From an uncultured Candidatus Actinomarina sp. (GTDB lineage: Bacteria; Actinomycetota; Acidimicrobiia; Actinomarinales; Actinomarinaceae): a stretch of DNA of 64,000 bases. A program made the position numbers and the translations under genes. The notes beneath the pieces are model-generated. The model did not search any database. It saw nothing but the letters and a program-made list of their open reading frames with translations, and had not been told where the DNA came from. The stretch covers positions 19,566 through 83,565 of the forward strand of contig CACFIX010000002.1 of assembly GCA_902566515.1 (NCBI GenBank). The letters are read 5' to 3'. How positions within the stretch are numbered: the first letter of the stretch is position 1; each line of letters opens with the position of its first letter. Positions 1 through 9,624 of the stretch are shown piece after piece.

Positions 1-82
1 AGTCTTCTATATCTATATCAACAACAGGTTGGCTTATAAAAATATTGTCAAAAGCATTCTCGTATTTTGAAAATAAGAGCAT
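1..82 (-). CDS. partial CDS (5' end only, runs off the window), unknown product
   Basis: ATG at 82 lies 4 nt downstream of the argR stop. The open frame MLLFSKYENAFDNIFISQPVVDIDIED... continues to the window edge. No recognisable motif. Confidence 0.3.
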   Translation of the reverse strand, partial: MLLFSKYENAFDNIFISQPVVDIDIED

Positions 83-86
83 TAAA

Positions 87-548
87 TTAGTTTATATTGG
101 TCTCAATAGTGTTTGCTACGTCTTTAGCTGTCGTTTCATTTGGAGTGATTATTAAAACTACATTGTCTCCGGCGATTGATGCAACTGTACCTTCAATGTA
201 CAAGTTATCAATTGACTCAGCGATTACTTGAGCAGCAGCAGTAGTGGTCTTAACAACAACTTGGTTAGAAACTGGCTCTATTTCCAAAACAAAGTCTTGA
301 AGTGCTCTTTTGGCTATTTTGTATTGAGCATTATTACCTTGATTTTTTGGTAACAAATAAACCAATCTACCATTTTTTAATCTTTTCTTAATAGCTCCAA
401 TCTCGTTTAAATCTCTTGAAAGGGTGGCTTGCGTAATTACTATCCCTTTCTTTTTAAGTATTCCTTTAAGCTGGTTCTGTGATGAAATATTTTCAGAATC
501 AATAAAATCAGCTATCAACTTTTGTCTCTGAATAGTTGCTTTTGTCAT
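87..548 (-). CDS. argR: arginine repressor ArgR
   Basis: Winged-helix 'ITQATLSRDLNEIG' and C-terminal 'GTVASIAGDNVVLII' are typical of ArgR. I place the start at ATG 548 (MTKATIQRQK) rather than the ORF-track start at 584. Confidence 0.85.
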   Translation of the reverse strand: MTKATIQRQKLIADFIDSENISSQNQLKGILKKKGIVITQATLSRDLNEIGAIKKRLKNGRLVYLLPKNQGNNAQYKIAKRALQDFVLEIEPVSNQVVVKTTTAAAQVIAESIDNLYIEGTVASIAGDNVVLIITPNETTAKDVANTIETNIN

Positions 549-584
549 ATTTATAAATATACATTTGAATGTATATTTATACAA

Positions 585-1958
585 TTATAAATTTTTATAT
601 GTTTCCTCAGCAAGTTTTAACGCGTCCTCCTTGGATACCTCACCGTCGTTGATTCTTTGTTCGTACAAGGCTTTCATAATAACTCCAACTTTAGGCCCAG
701 GTTGAATATTAAAATGTTCCATGATCTCATCTCCTGATAAAGCTGGTCTAATTTTGGAAAGCTCTTCTTTAGCTTTAACTTCTTCTATCCTTTTTTCCAT
801 TTCATCGAGATTTTCATATATTTCTTTTGCTTTTATTTTGTTTTTTGTAGTTACATCTGCTCTTACTAATTCATTTAAATCCTCAAGCATATGTCCAGCA
901 TCAACAATGTATCTTCTCACTGCTGAATCTGTCCATCCCATCTTGAAAGTATGGGGGCGTAGGTGCTGTTCAACAAGTAGCGCTATATCTTTAATTGTTT
1001 TGTTGTCATACTTCAATCCTTTTAATATTTTTTTTGTCATCCTCGCACCGACTACTTCATGATGCCTAAAATGTACTTTTCCATTTTCTATTCCTTTAGT
1101 GTTTGGTTTAGCAATATCATGTAAAAGTGCTCCCAATCTTAAGGTGAGTTTTGGTGGTACACCATCTAAAACGGCTAGTGTATGTTCATAAACATCTTTG
1201 TGGTGATGCTTTGGATCAACTTCTATTTTGAGCTCATTGATTTCTGGAATAATATATAAACTCAGACCGCTCTCAACTAAAGTTCGAATACCCATTGATG
1301 GAGTCTTGCCTACTAAAAGTTTGTTTATCTCGTCTCTAATTCTTTCTTTTGTTACAATTTTTATTCGTTCTATATTTTCTTTCATTGCTACATAGGTCTC
1401 ATTGTCTGGTGAAAATCCATGTGTGCTTACAAATCTGCATACTCTTAACATTCTTAAAGGGTCATCAGAAAAAGAGATATTTGGATCATCTGGTGTTGAT
1501 ATAGTTCCAGATGCGAGATCTTTTAAACCTGAAAATGGGTCTATTATTTCATTCGTTTCTAGTGAATATGCAATGGAATTTACTGTAAAGTCTCTTCTCG
1601 ATAAATCTGTAACGAGATCGGTGGCTTTTTCTATTTCAGGATTTCTTGAATCTGTTTCATAGGTGTCTTTCCTAAAAGTAGTTATATGCACTACTCTTTC
1701 TTGGTCATAAAGTTCAATTGTCCCAAAAGCTTTACCTACCTCAGTTGTTTTGTAATTATTTTTTTTAAGCAATTCGATTGACTCGTCTGGGGTGGCGTTA
1801 GTTGTAAAATCAAAATCGTTTGTCGGAATGTCTAGTATTCCATCTCTTACTGCACCTCCAACAAGATATAACTCAAAACCATTAGCGTAATACAAGGAAG
1901 AGAGAGTGTTTAAAAAGCTATTATTCTCAACTAATTTTAATAGTGTAATTGGTACCAT
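585..1958 (-). CDS. cca: CCA-adding enzyme / tRNA nucleotidyltransferase (PcnA family, with HD domain)
   Basis: 'GGAVRDGILD...DFDFTT' nucleotidyltransferase head and 'RMLRVCRF', plus HD region 'HHKDVYEHTL...LLHDIAKP'. Confidence 0.85.
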   Translation of the reverse strand: MVPITLLKLVENNSFLNTLSSLYYANGFELYLVGGAVRDGILDIPTNDFDFTTNATPDESIELLKKNNYKTTEVGKAFGTIELYDQERVVHITTFRKDTYETDSRNPEIEKATDLVTDLSRRDFTVNSIAYSLETNEIIDPFSGLKDLASGTISTPDDPNISFSDDPLRMLRVCRFVSTHGFSPDNETYVAMKENIERIKIVTKERIRDEINKLLVGKTPSMGIRTLVESGLSLYIIPEINELKIEVDPKHHHKDVYEHTLAVLDGVPPKLTLRLGALLHDIAKPNTKGIENGKVHFRHHEVVGARMTKKILKGLKYDNKTIKDIALLVEQHLRPHTFKMGWTDSAVRRYIVDAGHMLEDLNELVRADVTTKNKIKAKEIYENLDEMEKRIEEVKAKEELSKIRPALSGDEIMEHFNIQPGPKVGVIMKALYEQRINDGEVSKEDALKLAEETYKNL

Positions 1959-1995
1959 ATTGATAGCTTAGAAGAACTGTGGATACAATAGAAGA

Positions 1996-2421
1996 ATGAA
2001 TTCAAAAGTAGATTTTGCAGCTGGAGGAATTGTTATAGATAACAACAATGTGCTACTGGTTAAAAACAGAAAAAGTGAATATGTAGACGATCCAAAGCCG
2101 TTCTGGGGTTTCCCAAAAGGGCACCTGGAAGAAGGTGAAACACCCAAAGATGCTGCAAAAAGAGAAGTGTCAGAGGAGACCGGTTTTATCGTAGAGCTGT
2201 CTGATGAAAAACCTTTGGCTGAATCACGCTATGAAATATCGATTAACAATGAAAAAGTTAAGAAAACAGTTTGGTTTTTCAAAATGCATGTTGTGAAGGC
2301 GTTTGATAGCGAACCTGATGATGAAATTGAAGAAGTGGCTTTAGTTGATTATGAAACTGCTGCAAATCTTCTAACACACGATGAAGACAAGAAGATACTT
2401 AAGTATGTATTTAACAGATGA
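1996..2421 (+). CDS. NUDIX hydrolase
   Basis: Nudix box 'GFPKGHLEEGETPKDAAKREVSEETGF'. Divergent from cca, as in other Actinobacteria. Confidence 0.85.
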   Translation: MNSKVDFAAGGIVIDNNNVLLVKNRKSEYVDDPKPFWGFPKGHLEEGETPKDAAKREVSEETGFIVELSDEKPLAESRYEISINNEKVKKTVWFFKMHVVKAFDSEPDDEIEEVALVDYETAANLLTHDEDKKILKYVFNR

Positions 2422-3103
2422 GAAGACCAAACACAGTTCTTGGGTTGGAAGTTACCAAACAAGAAAATGGAATGATGTTACTTCGATAATTTATTTTGAA
2501 AAAGTTTATGGTGGGAGGAATCTTCTAAAAAGAATAAAACTAGAAGCTGAAAATACAGGGTTTAAATTTAATTCATCAATGATTCAAGAAAATGAAACCC
2601 ATAGTTGGTTATCATCTGGGTGGAATGCCGCTGAAAAATTAAATGTTCTGTCAATAAATTTAAGAAGTTTAGAATTAAAAAAAACTGAGCCATCGCATTT
2701 TGAAAATTTTACAAAAAACAATATCGATGAATTGGTTGATCTTGATAAATCTATATTTAGCCCTTATTGGCAAAATTCAAGGGCAGCATTTATAGAAACT
2801 CTTGATAGTTGTAATCAAAACTTTTTGTTCAAAGAATATAGCGGAGATATTCTTATTGGGTATGCAATTTTGGGAGCAACAAGAAACTTTTCATTCTTAC
2901 AAAGATTTGGAATTAGTACAGAATATCAACACAATGGTCATGGATCCAAATTGCTTAATAGTGTTCTTAACTTTGCCAAAGAAAAAAAATACATAAATAT
3001 ACGTTTAAATACACAAGAGAATAACAAGGCTGCTAAAGGCCTTTATACAAAACATGGTTTTGAATTTACAAAAACTAATTTCATAATCTTAAGTACTAGT
3101 TAG
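2381..3103 (+). CDS. GNAT family N-acetyltransferase
   Basis: C-terminal acetyl-CoA fold 'QRFGISTEYQHNGHGSKLLNSVLNFAKEKK...AAKGLYTKHGFEF'. Start uncertain: ATG 2381 overlaps the Nudix gene by 41 nt, and ATG 2405 is an alternative. Confidence 0.7.
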   Translation: MKTRRYLSMYLTDEKTKHSSWVGSYQTRKWNDVTSIIYFEKVYGGRNLLKRIKLEAENTGFKFNSSMIQENETHSWLSSGWNAAEKLNVLSINLRSLELKKTEPSHFENFTKNNIDELVDLDKSIFSPYWQNSRAAFIETLDSCNQNFLFKEYSGDILIGYAILGATRNFSFLQRFGISTEYQHNGHGSKLLNSVLNFAKEKKYINIRLNTQENNKAAKGLYTKHGFEFTKTNFIILSTS

Positions 3104-3150
3104 ATTTTTAGAACTACATTAATAATTTTTGAACGCTTAATATTAGATAT

Positions 3151-3432
3151 ATGGAACAAGAAGACAGTTTTGTAGAATCCGTAGAAAGCTTAATTGAAAC
3201 TATTAAAAGGTTAGTTGTTAAACCTGTAAAAAGAATTGCAGGAATTGCGTCAATGGGGTTTCTGTTGGTTGTTTTGCTTTTAATGGCTTTGGGATTTCTT
3301 ATTATTGGAATAATAAAAATTATGCAGGGGCTTGGGTTGTTTCTTGGAATTAATCCAACAGGCTTTGCTTTTGCCTCAATAGGACTACTCTTCTTAATTA
3401 TGTCTTTAAGAAATTATTGGAGAAAAAAGTAA
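3151..3432 (+). CDS. small membrane protein (two hydrophobic segments)
   Basis: 93 aa with two long hydrophobic stretches (GIASMGFLLVVLLLMALGFLIIGII; FAFASIGLLFLIM). Its stop overlaps the trxB ATG (TAATG). No family recognised. Confidence 0.5.
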   Translation: MEQEDSFVESVESLIETIKRLVVKPVKRIAGIASMGFLLVVLLLMALGFLIIGIIKIMQGLGLFLGINPTGFAFASIGLLFLIMSLRNYWRKK

Positions 3433-4346
3433 TGGAAAGTGTAGCGATTATTGGTTCTGGTCCGGCAGGATACACTGCAGGTATTTATGCTGGTAGAGCG
3501 AGTCTCTCTCCAGTGCTTTTTGAAGGCTTAGAATCTGGGGGTCAGTTGATGTTAACCACTGATGTTGAAAATTATCCAGGTTTTGTCGATGGCATTATGG
3601 GTCCTGAATTAATGCAAGTTTTCAAAGGACAAGCAGAAAGGTTTGGAACAGAAATTAAAACAGAAACAATAGATTCGATAGAAAAAATTGAAAACGGTTT
3701 TAAGCTAAAAAGTTCTAAGGGAGAATACCTATTTAAATCAGTAATAATTGCATCTGGGGCATCGGCAAGATGGCTTGGAGTGGAGGGTGAAAAAGAATTA
3801 CAGGGATATGGTGTTTCAGCATGCGCAACCTGTGATGGTTTTTTCTTTAAAGAGAAGATTGTTGCAGTTGTTGGTGGTGGAGATTCTGCAATGGAAGAGG
3901 CTCTATTTTTAACAAAGTTTGCGTCAAAAGTTTATGTAATACACAGAAGAGACCAGTTCAGAGCAAGCCAAATAATGCAAGACAGAGTACTGAATCATAA
4001 ACAAATAGAAGTTATTTGGAACAAAACTGTTGAAAAAATTAATGGTGATGGGAGCGTTTCATCAATTGAGTTGAAAGATATAGAAAGCAAAACAACGAGT
4101 GAATTAGAGCTTGATGGAGTATTTGTTGCCATAGGTCATGATCCAAATGTAAAATTTTTAGACGACCTTGTAGAGCTGGATGAAAAAGGATACATAAAAA
4201 CTGGGTTCACAACGGAGACAAGCACTTCAGTACCTGGTGTATTTGCAGCTGGTGATGTAGCAGATTCTTTATACAGGCAAGCAATTACTGCTGCTGGTAC
4301 CGGATGTCAAGCAGCAATGGATGTTGAGAGATGGCTTGACCACTAA
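3432..4346 (+). CDS. trxB: thioredoxin-disulfide reductase
   Basis: FAD site 'IIGSGPAGYTAGIYAGRA', redox motif 'CATCDG', NADPH site 'VVGGGDSAMEEA'. ATG 3432 is preferred over 3417. Confidence 0.9.
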   Translation: MESVAIIGSGPAGYTAGIYAGRASLSPVLFEGLESGGQLMLTTDVENYPGFVDGIMGPELMQVFKGQAERFGTEIKTETIDSIEKIENGFKLKSSKGEYLFKSVIIASGASARWLGVEGEKELQGYGVSACATCDGFFFKEKIVAVVGGGDSAMEEALFLTKFASKVYVIHRRDQFRASQIMQDRVLNHKQIEVIWNKTVEKINGDGSVSSIELKDIESKTTSELELDGVFVAIGHDPNVKFLDDLVELDEKGYIKTGFTTETSTSVPGVFAAGDVADSLYRQAITAAGTGCQAAMDVERWLDH

Positions 4347-5271
4347 TTTAAACTTTACAAAGTACTTACAAGAACTTTCAAACGAAGAGTTAGATGATTT
4401 AAATATAAAACTCAATTCCTGTGGTTATCCTGGTACTAAAAACGTTGAAGAGTTAATCAATCTTGTAGAGTTGTTTATAGAAGATCAAAACCTTTCAAAA
4501 ACCATTTCGAAAGACCATTTGTGGCTTGAACTCTTAAACAATGGTTATGTTTTAGGTGATAGGATTCTTTTATTATCAAACCCAGTTTTATATGGTTCTG
4601 ATGTAGAAGAGCTTCAAGAATATCTTTCTAGGTTGGGTTTTTACTCAGAACCGATAAATTCTGCTTTTGATAATAACGTAAGTAGGTCTGTTAAGTCATT
4701 TCAGGAAAATAGAGGCTTGTCCGTTGATGGTACGGTAGGCCTGGAAACTGCAGCTGAAATTAAAAAATTACTAAGGCCAACAATGAATACATCTTTGAAT
4801 GAAGCTGTAAAAACCTTTAAGGGGAGTTCTAGTAATCTTTCAATCTGTTTTGACATAGAAAACAGTGGAGATTACAAAGAACAGATAGGTTTATATCAAA
4901 AAATAAAAGACTTCTGTAATGAAAACAACTTAAATATTTCTTTTTCTTCAGAAATCACACAAGACGCTGATGAAGAAAATAGCATCGAGTACGTAAACAA
5001 AGTTAATCCCACTTTGTTTTTGAGTTTAAGAAACTCTGCAGATTTAAAAGTAAATTTTTTCCAAGGTAAACATTCATCAAGTTCAATTGGTGAAAGGATC
5101 TCAAGAAAGATTGAATCCTCAATGGGATTTGTTGCAGAGGGCAGGTCTTTGTCTGTTTTAAAAAATACCAAATCAGTCACTTTAGTAATAAATGGTAATT
5201 TTTACCAATATGCAGTAATCGATTTACTTGCTTGCGTTCTTGAGGAGTTGAAAGAAATTTATAAAGATTAA
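4321..5271 (+). CDS. CwlM-like protein: PG_binding_1 domain plus amidase_3-like domain with apparently lost metal ligands
   Basis: PG-binding repeat 'YGSDVEELQEYLSRLGFY...VKSFQENRGLSVDGTVGLETAAEIKKL'. The C-terminal half aligns by eye to MurNAc-L-Ala amidase: 'ICFDIENSGD' for 'IDPGHGG' and 'LFLSLRNSAD' for 'LFISIHAN'. It sits between trxB and parB, as cwlM does. Confidence 0.55.
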   Translation: MLRDGLTTNLNFTKYLQELSNEELDDLNIKLNSCGYPGTKNVEELINLVELFIEDQNLSKTISKDHLWLELLNNGYVLGDRILLLSNPVLYGSDVEELQEYLSRLGFYSEPINSAFDNNVSRSVKSFQENRGLSVDGTVGLETAAEIKKLLRPTMNTSLNEAVKTFKGSSSNLSICFDIENSGDYKEQIGLYQKIKDFCNENNLNISFSSEITQDADEENSIEYVNKVNPTLFLSLRNSADLKVNFFQGKHSSSSIGERISRKIESSMGFVAEGRSLSVLKNTKSVTLVINGNFYQYAVIDLLACVLEELKEIYKD

Positions 5272-6062
5272 GAGATTTTTTTTATAAACGAATCAAGGTC
5301 TTCTTTTGAATTTAATGTAAAACTTATTTTTGTTTTATTTTTGCTTTTTTTAAATGTGACCTTTGTTCCAAGCAGATTTTCCAACATATTTTTATAATGA
5401 AAAGACTCTTCATCTGCGTTAGTGCTGTGCAGTTGACGAACTTTTTCTTCCACATCTCTACTAGAAAGATTTAATGCAATTATATCTTTAAGCATCTTAT
5501 CTTGAACGCTGTGCTCTAAAACTATAATTGGTTTGATCTGGCCAAACGAGACCTCTTCATTGCTTAAAGCGTTTTGAACATTTGGGCTTAGGTTAGAAAT
5601 TCTAAGCATGTTAGAAATATGAGGTCTACTTTTACCAACTAAAAAGCCTATTTCATCGTTAGAAAGTTCGTAGTTTTCTTTTAGATTTTTATAAGCCAAA
5701 GCCTCTTCAATTGAATTTAACTGGCTTCTTTGAATGTTTTCAACTATTCCAAGAACTGCAGCATCTCTTTGACTTACATCCTTTATAAGACAGGGAACAG
5801 ATTCTAATTTAAGCATTTTAGATGCTCTCAGTCTTCTCTCACCGGCAATCAGTTCATATTGATTGTTTTCAAGCTTCTGAACAATTAGTGGTTGGAGTAT
5901 TCCATTTTTAGATATCGAATCTCTTAATTCCTCTAATTTTTTTTGGTCAAACTTTTTACGGGCCTGGGTTGGACTCTCCTTAATAGAGTCAATATTCACA
6001 TTTTTTATCACAAGATCTCTAGTATCGCTACTGGCTATTAGGTCGCTTAAAGTACGTTTCAT
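5268..6062 (-). CDS. parB: chromosome partitioning protein ParB
   Basis: 'LIAGERRLRASK' ParB box and an HTH region. 4-nt overlap with parA. Confidence 0.9.
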   Translation of the reverse strand: MKRTLSDLIASSDTRDLVIKNVNIDSIKESPTQARKKFDQKKLEELRDSISKNGILQPLIVQKLENNQYELIAGERRLRASKMLKLESVPCLIKDVSQRDAAVLGIVENIQRSQLNSIEEALAYKNLKENYELSNDEIGFLVGKSRPHISNMLRISNLSPNVQNALSNEEVSFGQIKPIIVLEHSVQDKMLKDIIALNLSSRDVEEKVRQLHSTNADEESFHYKNMLENLLGTKVTFKKSKNKTKISFTLNSKEDLDSFIKKIS

Positions 6063-6814
6063 AGTCCCACTTTTTCAAAAATTTCTTCGGAAAGCTTAAT
6101 AAATTCAAGCTTTGCTTTGCTGTTTTCATTGAAATCAAGCACGGTCTTAGCATAGAATGGGCTGTCAGCTATTTCAGTTAATTGGGAAATTTTTGAATTA
6201 AAAAGTTTGTCAGCCAATAAAAACCTGAGTTCGTTTTCAAAGGACTGAAAGCTTGATCTTCTAGTGTCAACTTGGTTTAAAACAACACCTAAAAATATAG
6301 GGTCCGCTTTGATAACGTTGTTTATTGTTTCCTTTGCAAAATCCATTGCTTGAGAAACTCCTTCTACAGCTAAAAATTCAGGTTTTGATGGTATCAAGTA
6401 ATAATCACTTATTGTTAAAGACTCTTGTGTTAAAGAACTTATCGTTGGTGGGGTATCAATCAAAATTAAGTCAAAGCCCTTTTCCCTAAAAAAGTTTTTA
6501 TGTTTCATGAGTTTTGATCCACCAATAATTTTTTCATTACTGTGCTTATTTATTGATTTATTTGAAGGTATCAAGTAAAGACTTTCAGAAACTTTCATAA
6601 TTTCCTTATCTAGCCTGTTTTCAAATAAATCTGTTGTGTTTAGAGCTTCTTTAGAGTTTTTATCAAAATTTAGGTATGTTGATACATTTCCTTGAGGATC
6701 TGTATCTATCAATAGAGTTTTGTAACCTTTGTGTGAAAGTAGTTTTCCTAAATTTACAACAAAAGTTGTTTTACCAACTCCACCTTTTTGGCACAATATT
6801 GTAAGAACCTTCAC
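6059..6814 (-). CDS. parA: chromosome partitioning ATPase ParA/Soj
   Basis: Deviant Walker A 'CQKGGVGKTT' and 'LIDTDPQGN'. Confidence 0.9.
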   Translation of the reverse strand: MKVLTILCQKGGVGKTTFVVNLGKLLSHKGYKTLLIDTDPQGNVSTYLNFDKNSKEALNTTDLFENRLDKEIMKVSESLYLIPSNKSINKHSNEKIIGGSKLMKHKNFFREKGFDLILIDTPPTISSLTQESLTISDYYLIPSKPEFLAVEGVSQAMDFAKETINNVIKADPIFLGVVLNQVDTRRSSFQSFENELRFLLADKLFNSKISQLTEIADSPFYAKTVLDFNENSKAKLEFIKLSEEIFEKVGL

Positions 6815-7407
6815 TTAACATTTATAACATCAATGTGTCTTATGTTTGTTGAATTAATGGTGAATTTTTCTTGTTTCACGTGAAACTTTTCTTTATTTTC
6901 GTTTAAATTTTCTCCGTTTGAAGAGACTATGTATGTTACGTTTTTTAATTGTTTTATGTTTTTCAAAACATCTTTTGATGAGATAAAGCAGCGAGAAATG
7001 TACGTACTGTTATTTGTTAAAACTGCATCGGCACTTTTATTGAGAACTTCAACATTTTCTAAATTTAATATATTTTTTAGCCTTTGAAGTTCAAAAGCTC
7101 TACTTTCGCTTATGTCGACAAGCATGAATAATTTGTTTGGGTTAGTTAAAGCAATAGGAATTCCAGGAATTCCACCGCCTGTGCCTAGATCATATATGTT
7201 TTGATCTTTATTTTTAATATTTTGCAGTATTTTTCCAAAATACAACGAATGAACTATGAATTCGTCCCATATGTACTGCAAGGGCTTTTCACTTATTAAT
7301 CCATTGTTTATGCCTGTTTTGCACAACCAATCATGATAGCTTTTGAGCCTTTCAAGATAGTTTTTGTACTCATTACCCCAAGATGGAATTTGGGGCTCGA
7401 AGGTCAT
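6811..7407 (-). CDS. rsmG: 16S rRNA (guanine527-N7)-methyltransferase RsmG/GidB
   Basis: SAM motif 'DLGTGGGIPGIPIAL'. Conserved position between jag and parA. Confidence 0.8.
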   Translation of the reverse strand: MTFEPQIPSWGNEYKNYLERLKSYHDWLCKTGINNGLISEKPLQYIWDEFIVHSLYFGKILQNIKNKDQNIYDLGTGGGIPGIPIALTNPNKLFMLVDISESRAFELQRLKNILNLENVEVLNKSADAVLTNNSTYISRCFISSKDVLKNIKQLKNVTYIVSSNGENLNENKEKFHVKQEKFTINSTNIRHIDVINVK

Positions 7408-8147
7408 TCTTCTTCTTCGGGAGCAAAAACAACTGACCTATACGGTTCTCTACCTTCGGAATAAGACCTAATTCCGTCAAAAGTTGCCGCGGCATCGTGG
7501 AGTGTTTTTCTATCAACAGAGTTCATCGGCTCTAACATAACTTCTTGTTTGTCTTCAAGAATTTGTTTACTCAATCTTTCTGCATATATTGTCAGTGCTT
7601 CTTTGCGTTTTGTAGCATAATCAGCGACATCAAGCCTAAGTCTTGTTCCGGCGCCTGTTTTTCTTTGTACTACAGTTCTTGTCAGCTCATGTATAGATCT
7701 TATAATAAAACCTTTTTCTCCAACTAATGCCTCTGTTTGTTCTCCTGTTACTTTCACAATTAGATTTTCGTCTTCTAATGTGCCTTCAACTTTACCGTCA
7801 AGTCCAAAAGACTTTACTAAACCTTCTAAAAAGTTAACAGAAACCTTCAATTGTTCGTCTTTATCAGCCTCTATACGTGGCTTTTTTGGAGAATATTGTT
7901 TTTTGTACCCGTTTTTATTACCACTATTTCTTTTATTTTTGTTGTTATAGTTTCTAGAACCACCGTTTCTTACAGAAATTCGAACAAGAGCTTTCGTTCC
8001 GCCCACTCCAAAGACACCACCTTCTGGTTCTCTTAAAATATTTATATTTGCTTGTGTTGCGTCTTCAAGGTTTAGTTCGTTTAATCCTGCTTTAATTGCG
8101 TCATCTATAGATTTTGCTTCAACCTCTACCCACTTGTTATTAGCCAT
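7404..8147 (-). CDS. Jag/KhpB RNA-binding protein (Jag_N, KH, R3H)
   Basis: C-terminal R3H region 'LEPMNSVDRKTLHDAAATFDGIRSYSEGREPYRSVV' and a basic low-complexity linker. Downstream of yidC. Confidence 0.8.
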   Translation of the reverse strand: MANNKWVEVEAKSIDDAIKAGLNELNLEDATQANINILREPEGGVFGVGGTKALVRISVRNGGSRNYNNKNKRNSGNKNGYKKQYSPKKPRIEADKDEQLKVSVNFLEGLVKSFGLDGKVEGTLEDENLIVKVTGEQTEALVGEKGFIIRSIHELTRTVVQRKTGAGTRLRLDVADYATKRKEALTIYAERLSKQILEDKQEVMLEPMNSVDRKTLHDAAATFDGIRSYSEGREPYRSVVFAPEEEE

Positions 8148-8959
8148 TACTTTCTCCTTCTTTTTTTGCGGTTTTTACGAGAATCTTCTTGAACAGGGTT
8201 TTGTTGTTGTTCCTCGTTTTCTTTTTTGTTTTCTTCTTTTTTATTAGTTTCTTTATCATCAAGCTTTACAATCAATGCTTGTTGCCCAATACGAAATATA
8301 TTTCCTGTTAGAAAGTAGACAACTAAACCTGTTGGTAAAGTCCAAGAAATAAATCCGAAAAATATAGGCATGACTTTTCCTACCATTTGCATTTGTTGTG
8401 CTTGAGGATTGTCGCTTTTTCCAGTCTTCTTAGTTATCTGGTTCTGCTGATATAAAGCAGTAAGAATAACCAATAAAATCAGCACTAAATAAGGAACTCT
8501 TTCAATCCACTCAGCAACTTCTGAGGGTGGAATTTGGAGATCCATATTAAAAAATTTAAGGCTCGTACTAACAGCTAGGCTGTTTGAAAGGTTAGAGGAG
8601 CTTGGGATAAAAGCCAAAGGCTCTCTTAGAACTCTAAAAAGAGCAAACCATATAGGCATTTGAACTAAAAGTGGAAGTATGCAACCAAGGGGATTAATGC
8701 CCTTTTCTTTATACATTGCAGCCATTGCTTTGTTGAGTTCTTCTTTGTTGTCTTTGTATTGTTTTTGAAGTCGTTTTATGTCCGACTGAGCATCTTGCAT
8801 TCTCTTTGTTGATCTAGTTTGTCTTAGTGTAAGTGGGAAAATTATTACGTTAATTATTATTGTCAAAATGACAATTGAATATCCATATGATGCTGTATAG
8901 TCATAAACATAAGAGAGTAAAAACCCTATAGCAAGCGCAAATGGTTCTAATATTGCCAA
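8147..8959 (-). CDS. yidC: membrane protein insertase YidC
   Basis: 'KEKGINPLGCILPLLVQMPIWFALF' YidC/Oxa1 core with a Lys/Glu-rich C-terminal tail. Confidence 0.9.
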   Translation of the reverse strand: MAILEPFALAIGFLLSYVYDYTASYGYSIVILTIIINVIIFPLTLRQTRSTKRMQDAQSDIKRLQKQYKDNKEELNKAMAAMYKEKGINPLGCILPLLVQMPIWFALFRVLREPLAFIPSSSNLSNSLAVSTSLKFFNMDLQIPPSEVAEWIERVPYLVLILLVILTALYQQNQITKKTGKSDNPQAQQMQMVGKVMPIFFGFISWTLPTGLVVYFLTGNIFRIGQQALIVKLDDKETNKKEENKKENEEQQQNPVQEDSRKNRKKRRRK

Positions 8960-9162
8960 TTTTTACCAATTTTCTTGTATATTGGGTTGCAAATGAATAT
9001 TCTTCTAAAAATAACTGGAATAGTCCTAATCAACCCATCTTTTTCAAAACTATCTACGATAACATTTGTACATGATGGGTAGTATATGCAGTTGCCCCCA
9101 CCTAAACCAAATAATGCCAGTAGAGACCTTGATCCTTGAAGAAAAAACCCTAATATTTTCAT
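8947..9162 (-). CDS. yidD: membrane protein insertion efficiency factor YidD
   Basis: 'CIYYPSCTNV...DGLIRT' YidD signature. Lies between rnpA and yidC. Confidence 0.75.
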   Translation of the reverse strand: MKILGFFLQGSRSLLALFGLGGGNCIYYPSCTNVIVDSFEKDGLIRTIPVIFRRIFICNPIYKKIGKNWQY

Positions 9163-9168
9163 TCTTTT

Positions 9169-9486
9169 TTAGAGTAAGGGGTGAGACTTAAAAATCTTCA
9201 AAATTTCAGATGGTTTTAGGTTTGACGAATCTTTATTTCCAACAACTAAAATGTCCAGATTTTTATTGTCTGATAGGCTCCTTACTGCTTCCCTTGTCCT
9301 TCTTTTAAACTTATTTCTAATAACTGCATTTGCATGCTTGCTTGAAATACTTATTCCAAGTCTTGAAGAGGTTGTACCGTTTTCTCTAACAAAAACCTTT
9401 AGGCCATTTGAGGCTATACAAAATTCTTCTTTTTTTAGGCTATCAAAATGATTTTTTTTATTTAGCGAAGTAAACTTCACATTCAC
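9169..9486 (-). CDS. rnpA: ribonuclease P protein component
   Basis: 'RLGISISSKHANAVIRNKFKRRTREA' RnpA motif. Immediately downstream of rpmH. Confidence 0.8.
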   Translation of the reverse strand: MNVKFTSLNKKNHFDSLKKEEFCIASNGLKVFVRENGTTSSRLGISISSKHANAVIRNKFKRRTREAVRSLSDNKNLDILVVGNKDSSNLKPSEILKIFKSHPLL

Positions 9487-9489
9487 TAC

Positions 9490-9624
9490 CTAGGCAGACA
9501 AAATTTTACGACCCTTTTTTCTTCTTCTTTTAAGAATTTCGCGTCCTGCTCTTGTACGCATTCTTGATCTAAAACCGTGTTTTCTGCTTCTTTTTCTATT
9601 ACTAGGTTGATATGTTCTTTTCAT
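9490..9624 (-). CDS. rpmH: 50S ribosomal protein L34
   Basis: Hand translation of the minus strand gives [44 protein letters not shown] (44 aa). It is below the ORF-track length cut-off. Confidence 0.9.
   Translation of the reverse strand: MKRTYQPSNRKRSRKHGFRSRMRTRAGREILKRRRKKGRKILSA

Noticed and set aside
721-1662. Plus-strand ORFs 721-1062 and 1402-1662 inside the cca gene. Similar antisense or shadow ORFs occur elsewhere, e.g. 7545-7727, 7851-8036, 12858-13118, 14283-14621, 16109-16570, 16829-17242, 27248-27547, 45170-45469, 53945-54232 and 59864-60217.
   Set aside because: Each lies entirely within a longer ORF on the opposite strand or in another frame that has clear family motifs. Their translations are low-complexity Ser/Leu/Phe-rich, as expected for antisense frames of AT-rich genes. 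No independent support exists.
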